From contig AP026132.1 in the NCBI GenBank assembly GCA_030295235.1, positions 1,240,001 to 1,304,000 of the forward strand: a stretch of 64,000 nt of DNA, in the 5' to 3' direction. Of the stretch, positions 12,056 through 22,985 are shown in pieces. The notes beneath the pieces are model-generated. The model searched no databases and was not told the origin of the DNA. It saw only the letters and a list, made by a program, of their open reading frames with translations. Each line of letters begins with the position of its first letter. Position 1 is the first letter of the stretch. The DNA comes from Fistulifera solaris. Taxonomy: Eukaryota. A program made the translations under genes and the position numbers.

Positions 12056-13582
12056 TTATTCTGCGACGTTCGCACAAGCCCGCTCCAAAAAGGAAATGAT
12101 CCGATGTCCTGCTTCTTCTAATACGGCTGTGGGTGCCCCAAACACGATACGGAAAAAGTTATCCGACGCTTTCATTCCAAAGCAAGATCCAGGTAACACG
12201 AGCACATTTTCTTGCTGCAACAATTCTCGCGTCCATTCGGCATCGCTTTTCACGGAAGTTGGGTGAGGCGGAGGCACGATTTGAACCATGAGATACATGG
12301 CACCCTGCGGACGATATACCTTCAAGTACGGCGATTGTCGCAGCACTTGTTCGACGGCGTGTGCCTGTTGTCGCAATTTCTGGCGCCACTCCTCTTTCCA
12401 AGTACCAATCGTCGTTTCATCGGGACCCGTGGGCGCGAGCGCAGCGGGAATCGCCCATTGCACGACATGACTGGCACCCATGATCACTTGCGCCAATTGC
12501 TGTGCTCCGTGTCGAATGGATAGCAATGTGCCATAAATGCTGTTTAATGTTAAAATGGACAAATGAGATAGACATACCACAGTAATTTCGTAAGTTTTCA
12601 TCAAACGACTTACTTGTCATGAAACACGAGCCAACCGACACGCCATCCAGGAACCAAATACTGCTTTCCCAACCCCGAAGCTTGGACGATTGGCACATGC
12701 GGCGACGGAATCATTTCATTGCGAACACTCGCCAAGCTATGAAAGACACAGTCGTCGTGCAATGTCATATCTCCATAAATTTCATCCGAAATGACCATGA
12801 GATGATATTTGTCACACAATTTCAAGAAGTCTTGCAAATGGGTCTTGGAAAAAACGGCCCCGGTCGGATTTGAGGGATTGTTGATGAGAATGGCTTTGAA
12901 GGAACAGTTGTGGGTCTGTTGCAACAAAGTTTCTAGTTCGACGAGATCCATGTGCCATTCTTCCGTCTCAGTGTTGTAAACGAGAGGATACATTTGCGTT
13001 TGACATCCCAAAGATTGACAAATCACATTATAAAGCGGAAATCCTGGTGACGGAATCAACAATACATCGTGAGGAGATTGCAACGTCGCCCGGAATAAGA
13101 GTTCTAACGCTCCCGAACATCCGTTGGTAACAATGACGTGATTGGATGTTACATTTAAAGAAGGATTGTCGCGATTGCAGTGTTCGGCGATGGCTTGACG
13201 GGCTGACAACGTTCCGACGGCGGGGACGTAGCCAGCCGATTGCAAGAGATGTTTCTGAACGGCTTGTACTACCACTGGACATGGAGGAAAGTAAGAGGAC
13301 GGATCACCCAGCTGAAGACGTTGACGATTAGGATTTCAATGATAGGAAATAAAGTGATCGAAAAGTTTCTTTTCTCTCGTTACTTACTGCAAGTGAAATG
13401 TGTGATTTGTCATGTTCTTGCACGGACGCAAGAAAAGGATCGACAATAGCACGTATAGGATTATACGTTCTTTGCGCTTCCATTGAAGCAGGGATTACCG
13501 GCCAGTTGAGTGACAAGAGTGTGACTTTGGAAGCAGCATTGTTTCCTTCTTCTACAACAACAACGGAAGTGGGAGAAGCCAT
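12056..13582 (-). CDS. PLP-dependent class I aminotransferase (tyrosine/nicotianamine aminotransferase-like); introns 13312-13387 and 12540-12613
   Basis: Spliced product reads NPIRAIVD..ISLA|LGDP..NNPSNPTG..SDEIY..SGLGKQYLVPGWRVGW..PQGAMY..VLVLPGSCFG. Both GT-AG introns restore the frame. Confidence 0.9.
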
Positions 13583-14263
13583 TTCGTTTCCTTTTTTCTA
13601 GAAAAGAAAGCAAGAGTAGCAAAATAAAATAATAATGTTATGATGTCGAGCGTTTACCAGGTATGCGAACACATAAACGTAAACGATAAAGAGATCCCTT
13701 TCAACTAAATTAATTGATTTCTCCCCAAAAGAACAAATGCAGATGGGCGTCTCCTTTCCGAATTCCTTTCACATCAAAAGGAGAAGAATTCTCAATCCAT
13801 TCACGAATGTCGTTATGCCGTGACTGACGAAAGATTCAATAAAGATTCATGACTGAACACTCACGACTCACGATGTTCTTGATAAATAAAAACCACGATG
13901 AACGATGAAACTCGCCTCCGCCGTTTTAGACACGACGAGCGTCATCGTTTGCACGCATCTCGTCCGCACCATGGTCATTAAAGGAACACATAACATCAAG
14001 TTAATGAACAAACCATACAAGCATTTAAATGCAACAATGTGCTCCATGTTACTGCTATCCTGTTTTCTTTTTTTTTTTAAAAGGCGGAGGGCGATCGAGT
14101 TTGAAAAATACAAAAGAAAAGATCAAATGACACATAATGAAACTATCATTATTATGAAATGTTATCGTTCTTCATGTGAAGAGAAACTGTGTGGAGAAAT
14201 ATTCTAAGCGCTGATTACAGCATGACGCCGTTCGAATAGCCGGAAAGTGTGGACCTTGAGTCT

Positions 14264-14743
14264 TTAAACGAAGTCCACATAACAGGTCGAACTTGAAAGG
14301 GCCGTTCGGCAATTGAGGCTGAGGTTGGTGTCAGCAGAAAGGGCGGCAATTTCCTCCTCGCATTCCTCAAGAAGCTCCGAGCCCAAGTCATCGTCCTCGC
14401 TTTCCTCCAGTTTACGAAGTTGACGACGAACCCGGCAGTTGAACATGGCCCGACAGAGAGACGCTGAGTGATAACGGCGGCAGTAGTCACAGTTTGATGT
14501 TGAAAGCTTGCGGCGGTCATCGTCATCAGACACTTCCCATACCGGAGCTTCGTAACCGTTTGCGAGAAGAACGTCGTCGAGGTCCGGAATCATCGCATTT
14601 GAAATGTAGGTCAGTTCTGTGGCGCTACAGACGTCGTCGGCAGCTTGTTCATTGAGGAAGTAGACGACCACCTCGGGGGCCTCTGCCAATTGTGCAGCGA
14701 CGGAAGCGAAAATCGAAAGCAAAGTGATGAGAAGGAACTTCAT
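14264..14743 (-). CDS. Secreted RRxL/8-Cys precursor family, member 3 (159 aa, acidic flanks)
   Basis: Signal peptide, APEVVVYF, RRKL, CDYCx8Cx5C, RRQLRKL and terminal CYVDFV. Confidence 0.9.
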   Translation of the reverse strand: MKFLLITLLSIFASVAAQLAEAPEVVVYFLNEQAADDVCSATELTYISNAMIPDLDDVLLANGYEAPVWEVSDDDDRRKLSTSNCDYCRRYHSASLCRAMFNCRVRRQLRKLEESEDDDLGSELLEECEEEIAALSADTNLSLNCRTALSSSTCYVDFV

Positions 14744-15154
14744 GGTAGACTGTGTAAGAGAGATATCGGTATCGAATGTTGTTTTGATGGCAAATGAATT
14801 TTATGAGATAATGAAGCTGCCAAGCTTGGAAACATTGACAAGTCGTCCAAAATGCGGTGGCAGAAATTTTGAAATGTGGGTTCGTCCAAGAATGACGACT
14901 CCCACCAATCATTAAATAACTATATAACAATCAAGACTTCCTAGCTTATAGACGAGTACCGGACGTAAAGAATAGAAAATTGACGTCGTTCGAAGAACTC
15001 TTAGCATCCGTTTTCTTTGCATCAAATATTATTGCCTCTCTAACAAGTAGGCCTTTTCGACAGAAAAATCTAGGCTCTATGGAATCTGCCGAACCTTATT
15101 GGCCCGGAAGATAAGCTTACAAGACAGAGAGGGTGACGTGGACGGTGGACGGCA

Positions 15155-15189
15155 GGTGAGAGGTGAGTGGTGAGTGGTGAGTGGTGAGT
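15155..15189 (+). repeat. Short heptamer microsatellite (GGTGAGT)n, about 5 units
   Basis: ggtgagaggtgagtggtgagtggtgagtggtgagt read directly. Confidence 0.7.
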
Positions 15190-15450
15190 CAGGATTACGA
15201 ATTCGAACCGGATCCGCACGTACAAAAATGAAAGGACAAACGACAAAGACAAAAAACAAAACAAGTCTAAATTTTTAGACAATACTACGGAGTAGACCCG
15301 ACATCAGAGATTTGTAAAGGGTACCAGTAAAGGGAGGCTGGCATAAATGCAAGCAGGCCGACGAACGTTCAAAGTTCAAAGTTCAAATAATATGAGACAA
15401 GCACGACTCACTTTCACACGACCGACAACTATAGTTCGACGGCCTCTAGA

Positions 15451-15705
15451 ATACCGCAATACCGTACGGTATAATACCAGTATAATACCGGTATTCGGGT
15501 ATTCGGATTTTCGATACCGGTATTTGAAGTTAGTTCAAACAAGACTGGGGCACGTACGACTGGATTCCCGTGATTCCGCGGCAGTTAACGTGAAGATGCG
15601 AGAGCTTTCCCGTCAAGGCGCTGAAACCCAATACGGTATCGATACCGTACGATACCGTACAATACCGTATTCCGGTATCGAAAATCCTGATACCGGTATT
15701 TGAAG
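15451..15705. repeat. ATACCG-rich element with inverted arms (possible MITE remnant)
   Basis: Many ATACCG/CGGTAT copies in two blocks. GGATTTTCGATACCGG (15505-15520) is inverted at 15672-15687, and GATACCGGTATTTGAAG is repeated directly at the end of each block. Confidence 0.6.
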
Positions 15706-16326
15706 AACTATACCGACAACCCGCAACTGCAACCACAACCACAACCACGCAACCACGACAGGGCTGACTATTGACATCTGACGAAAACGGAAACATTGAA
15801 TTTTGAATTCGACTCTTCGATCTGTTTTCGACTTTGGACTTGTCAAGATTGTAGACTGTAGACATGCCGATGTCCGCCTCGCCGTACATTAATTTGTTGA
15901 GAAATGAAGAAAAGCGTAAAGCCTGAAGCCCCAAGTTCCAAGCAGACCTAGCTAGGCTACAGGTAGTAACCGGCAATCGGCACTCGGCACGCAACAGCAA
16001 TCGACAGTCAGCCCCCTCTAGCTTCTCTCTAGAGTTTCCCTCTCAAGAGAATCGGCAGTCGCGCTTGCGTCACAAAATAACCCTAAGGTGACTACGGAGT
16101 AATGAACTTAGGGGTATTTTTTTCTTGCTAGGCACTAAGCGCCATCCTAATTTAGATGATAAGTAATGGAGAGTTTAATGAAAGATGGCAAATAAATAAT
16201 GAATAACCAAGAGATTATTATGGTATGAACATGTCATTGTGTCTCGCGCGAATACGATCTTTACGCTATAATTGAGAATTCCGAACCAGACTCCACGTGA
16301 CCGCCAGCTATCTGATTTTTCGGCAA

Positions 16327-16923
16327 CTAGACCAACTCCACATGACAGACAGAGGCTTGAAGGGCGGCTTTGCAACTACGGCTGAGAAATCTGTTGTAGG
16401 AAAGACTTACAATGCTTTGCTGGCATTCGGCCAAAAGGTCAGCAGCAAGATCATTCAGTTTTCTTTCGTCAGCTTGACCATCACGAAGTTGGCGACGAAA
16501 GCCACAGTTAAACATTCCATTGCAGTAGCTGCGTGGGTAGTAACGTCTGCAGAAATCACAATTGGAAGAGCTCGTTGTGGTGGAAGCAGTGGCTGCGCTG
16601 AACGAGTCGATCTTGCCAGAGACGAGGACACCGTCGGTGCCGTCGGTATCGATGAGCTGGCGCCGTGTCGCGGCCCCCGTAGTCTGCCACTGGGGAATTG
16701 CGTAGTTGTTTTCTAGCAGTGTCATGTCAATGTCGGGCATCATTTTACTGTCGAGGTATAGAAGTTCTTGTTCGGTACATGCCGTCGGCGAGGCTTTTTC
16801 ATTGACGTAGAAGACAGCCATACCAGGAGCCTCCTTTGGCGTGAATGCCGAAGCATCCAACGTCATGAGTTGTCCATTGACAGCAGTGAGAGTAAAAATT
16901 AAGGTGATGAGGAGAAACTTCAT
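16327..16923 (-). CDS. Secreted RRxL/8-Cys precursor family, member 4
   Basis: True start is probably MKFLLITL at 16923, not the ORF start at 17286. APGMAVFY, RRQL, a Ser/Thr-rich extension, CDFCx8Cx5C, RRQL, RKL and terminal CHVELV. Confidence 0.9.
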   Translation of the reverse strand: MKFLLITLIFTLTAVNGQLMTLDASAFTPKEAPGMAVFYVNEKASPTACTEQELLYLDSKMMPDIDMTLLENNYAIPQWQTTGAATRRQLIDTDGTDGVLVSGKIDSFSAATASTTTSSSNCDFCRRYYPRSYCNGMFNCGFRRQLRDGQADERKLNDLAADLLAECQQSIVSLSYNRFLSRSCKAALQASVCHVELV

Positions 16924-17305
16924 GGTGGTATGAGTTATGTTACCTGCAGGGGTTTGGTTTTGTGAAGGGCGAAAGAAACTGGTTGATGAAAAGATGAAAC
17001 AACAAACAACGACCAACAATAACGCCGTCTGGCACGGATCAAGGCTCAAGATTAAACTTGTTAGAAAAAGTAGGGAAGGCATAAGCGGTACCTGAATCTG
17101 ACTATTGCCCTTTAAAAACCCAAGGGGAAATACTATGTAAATATTGTACAAACTCTGTGACAGAACGGAGAATTTGGGGCTCGGGATTCGGGATGAATGA
17201 TTGATGATTACCTGGTACCAGTACTGGTAGGCAATTTTTCTCGTTCTCTCTCCTCTCTCCCCGATCAATTCAAAGTTCAAAGCCAAAAGCCTATCTGGTA
17301 CTGTA

Positions 17306-17603
17306 CAGCTGGGATTCGATCGTCATTACATAATGTACACCTCGTAGAAAATGTACCAGAGAGTTTACGAAAAATTTTTCCGTATAACTTTACGTACAAA
17401 TTTCCCAAAACATATTTTGTAGCTCTCAAAATTCTGAATCTATCTATAAATTTATCTTTTTCATTCGAAGTTTTCATGAAAGATAGAAATGAACATGAAA
17501 ATGGGAAATTTATACGTAAAGTTATACAGTAAAATTTTTCGTAAAGTCTCTGGTACATTTTCTACGAGGTGTACGTGGTGTAATGACGATCGAATCCCAG
17601 CTG
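17306..17603. mobile_element. Tc1/mariner-type MITE (298 bp) with ~101-bp TIRs and TA target duplication
   Basis: TA|CAGCTGGGATTCGATCGTCATTAC...GTAATGACGATCGAATCCCAGCTG|TA. Arms 17306-17406 and 17503-17603 are near-perfect inverted repeats. Confidence 0.88.
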
Positions 17604-18942
17604 TACTGTATCTGTACGTGCTAAGGAAAAAGTATGCTTTACGGTACCGGTACCGGTACCGGTACAATTACCTTGTACAATCTTTAAAGCTTGTTCTCAT
17701 TGATAACTGATACGCCCCTCGGTCATTGTTGTCACAAACTGAACAGCTGTAACGACGAGAGACAAGAGACAAGAGACAAAAAGAAAGTGACTCGGGACTG
17801 ACGATCGGATGATTCAGAAGTCAGAAGTGATGAGTCCTGATCCTGGTCCGGATCCAGTTGCGACGACGAGGAAAAAGATCACAATGACGATGAATAAAAG
17901 TAAATACCAGGTACCAGGTAAATAAATAAATACTCCGTACCTATTCAAGCCAACGATTGTTTCACAATATGCTTCGTTGCTTCCTAGTCATAGTGAATTG
18001 CGATAAGTGCTGCTATTTGAATTTCTTCGGCAGATGAAGAAATATTTGGTTGCAGATTTCGACGAAAAATTACAATATACAAAAATGGATTGTGCAGGCT
18101 CCACTCAGTGTGATAAAAGGTTGGCGGGAAACTCGTTGATTAAGTCACATCCTGACACAGTTTCTTGGATACCGGCTTCTCGATTTCTCGTCATGGTGGC
18201 CCCGATAAAGGAGCCACCGGTAGAGACACCGTTGTGTTCGGTCTGTCAACTCTATCAAGGCCAGAAAATTTCTTACCGTCGATGCATAATGCTCTCGTAC
18301 AGTATACAAAATGGCAACATTGAAATAATACGTCATTTCGAGGCGAAGTTATAGTCGAGCGGTTCAACTTGAGGTCGAAATATGGACAGGACAATGGTTT
18401 CAAGGTTGTTCAACTCGTATTTGTTGCAGTATGCAGCATGCAGCATGCAGAATGCTGCTTCGGTTTTTTCAGTCAATTAACAAATTGCTTGCTTGCACAT
18501 TCGATGTATGTAGCCTCATTTGAATAAGATACGGCCCAATCGCCTCGCGCGCTGCGTAGGGATTCTGACCTAATTATTTCTTAAAATAAAATAAAAATTC
18601 AGTGACGCCGTCAAGTGCCCCTAAATATTGCGTACCATGAGCCAATTCATCAGATCGTTAGCTCTTTTGGTAATTGTTTTTCCTTGGACCGAAAGAATTA
18701 TAAAACTAGCTTCTACGAAGCCAAATTTTCCTAACGAATAAGATAGAATCACTTGAGAAGAAATTGTCCCCAGCGCATTCTAGGACAGTCGACAAGGTTT
18801 AGCTTTTACCTAAATTCTTCTACAACACAAAAGATTTTGACAAAGTAATGTCTATGAAATAAGTTTATGATCACGTAATTTAGTCTCCTATCTGAATGTA
18901 TTCACAATGCTAAACGGCAGCAACCTTTTTCTTGAACGCCAT

Positions 18943-19431
18943 CTATACGAATTCAACGTGGCAAGTAGAACCTGCAAGGGCTGCTTTGCAAGTTGCGGTG
19001 AGGAATCGGTTTCTTGACGAGATCAAAGCAACATTGTCTTGACACATTTGCAGCATCTCGGCGCCGAGCTCGGTAGTGTCTAACTTGCGCGTAGCGTCTT
19101 TCTGACGAAGCTGACGACGGAAGCCGCAGTTAAACATTATGTTGCAGTAGGAGCGGCCATATTGTTGACGGCAAGTATCGCAGGTATTGTTCAACTTGCG
19201 TCGGGTGGCGTCAGTCGCCGTGAACTCCCATTCAGCCGGATCGAAGTTGTTCGAGATGAGAGCCATGTCGAGGTCGGGCACCATTTTGCTGTCGATGTAG
19301 GTGAACTCCTCAGGGGTGCAATCAGTGTCGAGGGCGTTCGCGTTCACATAGTAGACTTTCACTTCAGGGGCAGCAAGCTGTGCAGAGACAGATGCGGCAG
19401 TGGCGAGCAAAGCAATGATAACGGACTTCAT
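18943..19431 (-). CDS. Secreted RRxL/8-Cys precursor family, member 5 (162 aa)
   Basis: Signal peptide, APEVKVYY, RRKL, CDTCx8Cx5C, RRQL, RKL and terminal CHVEFV. Confidence 0.9.
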   Translation of the reverse strand: MKSVIIALLATAASVSAQLAAPEVKVYYVNANALDTDCTPEEFTYIDSKMVPDLDMALISNNFDPAEWEFTATDATRRKLNNTCDTCRQQYGRSYCNIMFNCGFRRQLRQKDATRKLDTTELGAEMLQMCQDNVALISSRNRFLTATCKAALAGSTCHVEFV

Positions 19432-20682
19432 GGTATTTGTGTTGTGTATGATGATCGTTTGACGTTATCAAGTTGTTGCTAATTTTGATTTTTATGAGCT
19501 TCTTCACAATCGAAATCGAAATTGCTTGAGGGGTCGGAGTCAAAGTTTACTTGACCGGCGGAGGGAGAAAATGATGAATGACTGGCATTCCGTACTAAAA
19601 CAGACAATTTTAAGATTAAAGATTTCTTACAAGGGAATGACGTTCTTCTAAGTAACTGGACAACATCAACCACGAGGATCCTCTGTTCTGTACTAAATCC
19701 TATGCCGAAGGCACTCAAAGCCGTATCTTGTGGATCTTGTTGGTTAACAATCTTATTACTGAGCCGAAGCATTTTCAAGGAATTGGTGTTCGCCTTTCAG
19801 TTCGCCGCTCCATTCTTTTCGATTTTCTCATTAAAGTGCGCATCTGGCAAAACGTCAATACAGCAGAAACAGGCAAGAATGCACTTAACGACGATTAAAG
19901 AAACGCCGTTATAAAGTGACTTTCGCTCGCATTCGTACTTCTCACTGAACGACGAAAGAGCGCAGGGCAAACCCATCGCATTGCGCGATTGCGTGGGTGA
20001 ATTTCAGATTTTACCAGTGAATCTTTTCACGTTTATTACTCTCAAGCATCGCGATCGAAGTCGAAGGTCGAACGTCAAACAGCACTTTTACTTTTATCGC
20101 TTCTCGTCCACGCGTTTCCATAGTGACAGTGACAGAACTCGTGGCTGCACGTGTCATGTGTAAAGGAAAAGGAAACATCATGATGTGGCATGCAAAGATC
20201 TTTGGTGGCATGTGCCCCTTCGCCCTTCATGGGTTCATTGTTCATTGTTTGTGAACTACGGAGTATCAGCTCTTCGATCTTCCGTGCATTTGAAATTTGG
20301 GCGCTCAAGTCCTCTTCTTGCCTTTTGAGCCGCGCCAAGAGCCAACATCTAAGATAAGCGCAATAACCTTAGATTACTAACTCAACTGAAGATGCCATAA
20401 TGCCATAATGTATCATCGAGAATCAAGACTTAACACTCATGACTAAAATATTTTGATTACTTCTTACCTTTAACCTTACAGATTGGATACTGTGACGCAA
20501 TCTGTAGGTGACATCACACGTCACGTCACGTGTTGTTCCGGTTCGCGTCAAAGAATTCTTGCACCGTCGCTGATCCTTTTTGTTCTTTGACAGCATCACC
20601 ATTCTCGCAATCAAGGTCATTGGTCGTCAAGTCTTCTCATCTATCTTTATAATTCACTTTAAGTATTAATTGAGTGAAAGCC

Positions 20683-22985
20683 ATGCTTCGTCGTAGTTTG
20701 AGCCGACTGAATTCCGCAGCACGCCGTGCCTTTTCTTCGACGCTTTTACGCAAAAGGAACGCCCCAACATTTCTTCTGTGTTGATCGCAAACCGCGGAGA
20801 GATTGCTCACCGCATCGTTCGAACGCTCAACAAATGGGACATTGAATCGCATACGGTTCATTCGTGCGTCGATCCTCCCGTACAAGGATCAAACTACACG
20901 CATCCTATAGGAACGGGTCCGCAATCGAGCGAATCCTATTTGCTAGGTGAAAAATACATAGATTTGTGTGTGCAACACAATATACAAGCTATTCATCCAG
21001 GTTATGGCTTTTTGAGCGAGTCATCTGCCTTTGCACAAGCCGTCATTGATGCAGGATTAACTTGGATCGGACCTTCGCCGCACAGTATGCATCTTATGGC
21101 CTCAAAAAGCGTCGCAAAACAGATTATGCTCGACCGGGGCGTTCCTGTTACGCCTTCGTATCACAATGATGAAAATCAGTCGTATGAACATTTATTGCAA
21201 GAAGCCAGAGAGATTGGCTTTCCGGTTCTGATCAAAGCTGTCATGGGCGGTGGAGGAAAGGGGATGCGGATTGTTCGACACGAAAAGGAGTTCCTATCGT
21301 CATTGCAAGCCTGTCAGCGTGAAGCCGCTGCATCCTTCAAAAATGATATCGTGTTACTCGAAAAGTATTTAGAACAACCGAAGCATGTGGAAGTTCAGAT
21401 TCTAGCAGACTCGCACGGCACGACATTGGCACTGGCAGAACGCGACTGTTCCTTGCAGCGGCGACATCAAAAGATTATTGAGGAAGCGCCAGCGAGTTAC
21501 TTGTCAGACGAAATCCGCCAAGATTTGTGGCACGCAGCGGTTCAGGCTGCCGAAGCGGTAAACTATGTCAACGCAGGAACGATCGAATTCTTGTTGGATT
21601 CTGATTTGAAGTCGTTCTATTTCTGCGAAATGAACACTCGGTTGCAGGTAGAACACCCGGTCACGGAGATGATTACCGGATTGGACTTGGTCGAACAGCA
21701 GTTACGTGTTGCAGCGGGAGAACGGCTCGCGTTTTCACAAGAAGACGTGGTTTGTCGTGGACATGCCTTCGAGGCTCGCGTCTACGCCGAGAATCCAGCT
21801 CAGCAGTTTCTTCCGGCCGCGGGTGACATGTGGTATTGTCAAACTCCTCAAGATGGCAGTCGCGTCGATCACATTCCCAATCATCCCCATGTTAGTGTTT
21901 TCTACGATCCTATGATCTCAAAAGTCATTGTGCACGGAGAAGATCGTGACCAGGCACTGAAGAAGCTTGTCCAGAGCTTGCAGCAATATCACGTTGCGGG
22001 GGTTCCGACGAACCTGGAGTTTCTTTTGAAATGCGCGAAACATCCGGTGTTCTCCGCTAGTGCTGCGCAGGTTCATACAGGATTTCTGGCGGATCATCCC
22101 CTTCAAGAAGAGCTAGCTGCAAAGCACGCGTCTCCCTCGGCATTGTCGCAAGCTATGGGAGCTTGTGCGGTCCAGCTTTGGTTAGAGCAGCGACTAGAAA
22201 GCTTTGATGATACTTGGACGAGTCAACCGTGGTCCAGTCGATCGGGAACCTGGAGATTGGGAGGCCAATTGCCGGTGCGAAAATTGCCCTGGATACAAGA
22301 TACGTCTATCTCCTGTAGCTATCAACCAGACGGATCCTATCAGATGACTTTAGAAGATGGAACGTCATATCATATCCGAGTGTCGAAAATCAATACCGGG
22401 TCGAGAAATGAACTTCATTTTGTTGTCAATGATTCGATTCATTGGACAGCGTTGACGGCTCTGTCCATGCCAACACATGACTGCATTCATGTTTGTTTGT
22501 GGCCGAAGAATCACCCGACGGATTTTCTGTGGGAATTTAAAGTTCCACACCCGTACATGTATCGCAACACTGATGGCGAAGCCAAGGCACTGCACTCTGG
22601 GCAAATCAAAAGCCCTATGCCAGGTACTTTGCGAACGGTAGAGTGCCAAGTCGGGCAAACGGTTCACAAAGGACAAACGCTGGTTGTTATGGAGGCAATG
22701 AAGATGGAGCATGCTTTAGTTGCACCATTTGACGGTAAAGTGACGCAGGTTTGGTCTTTGGCAGCAAAGACGGTTCCGGATGGAGCTGTTCTCGTCACGT
22801 TGGAACCCACCGAGTCAACTGGAGTTGACGGTGGTGTTACCCTGAAACAAACTTCGCTGTTCAGTAACGCGATAGAACTGACGACCGATCGATCTATTAA
22901 TGCATTAGCATCTAGCATAAACAAGTTGACGAATACTTTTCTTAGGTCTAATTTTTTTAGAAAATTTAGGCAGTTTAGAGAATGA
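20683..22985 (+). CDS. MCCA: 3-methylcrotonyl-CoA carboxylase alpha subunit, mitochondrial; frameshift ~20744; the true stop may be near 22843
   Basis: VLIANRGEIA, IHPGYGFLSES, GGGGKGMR, ERDCSLQRRHQK, EMNTRLQVEHPVTE and the biotinylation motif EAMKME. ATG 20683 encodes an Arg/Ser-rich transit peptide (MLRRSLSRL..) that is 1 nt out of frame at a T-run. Confidence 0.88.

Noticed and set aside
16924..17286. 122-aa N-terminal extension of family member 4 in the ORF track
   Set aside because: The paralogues all start at the MK.. signal peptide, which corresponds to ATG 16923. The extension starts at a non-ATG codon and runs through footprint-rich non-coding DNA.
18007..18354. 115-aa ORF between family members 4 and 5
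   Set aside because: Non-ATG start, no recognisable motif, and no similarity to the family.
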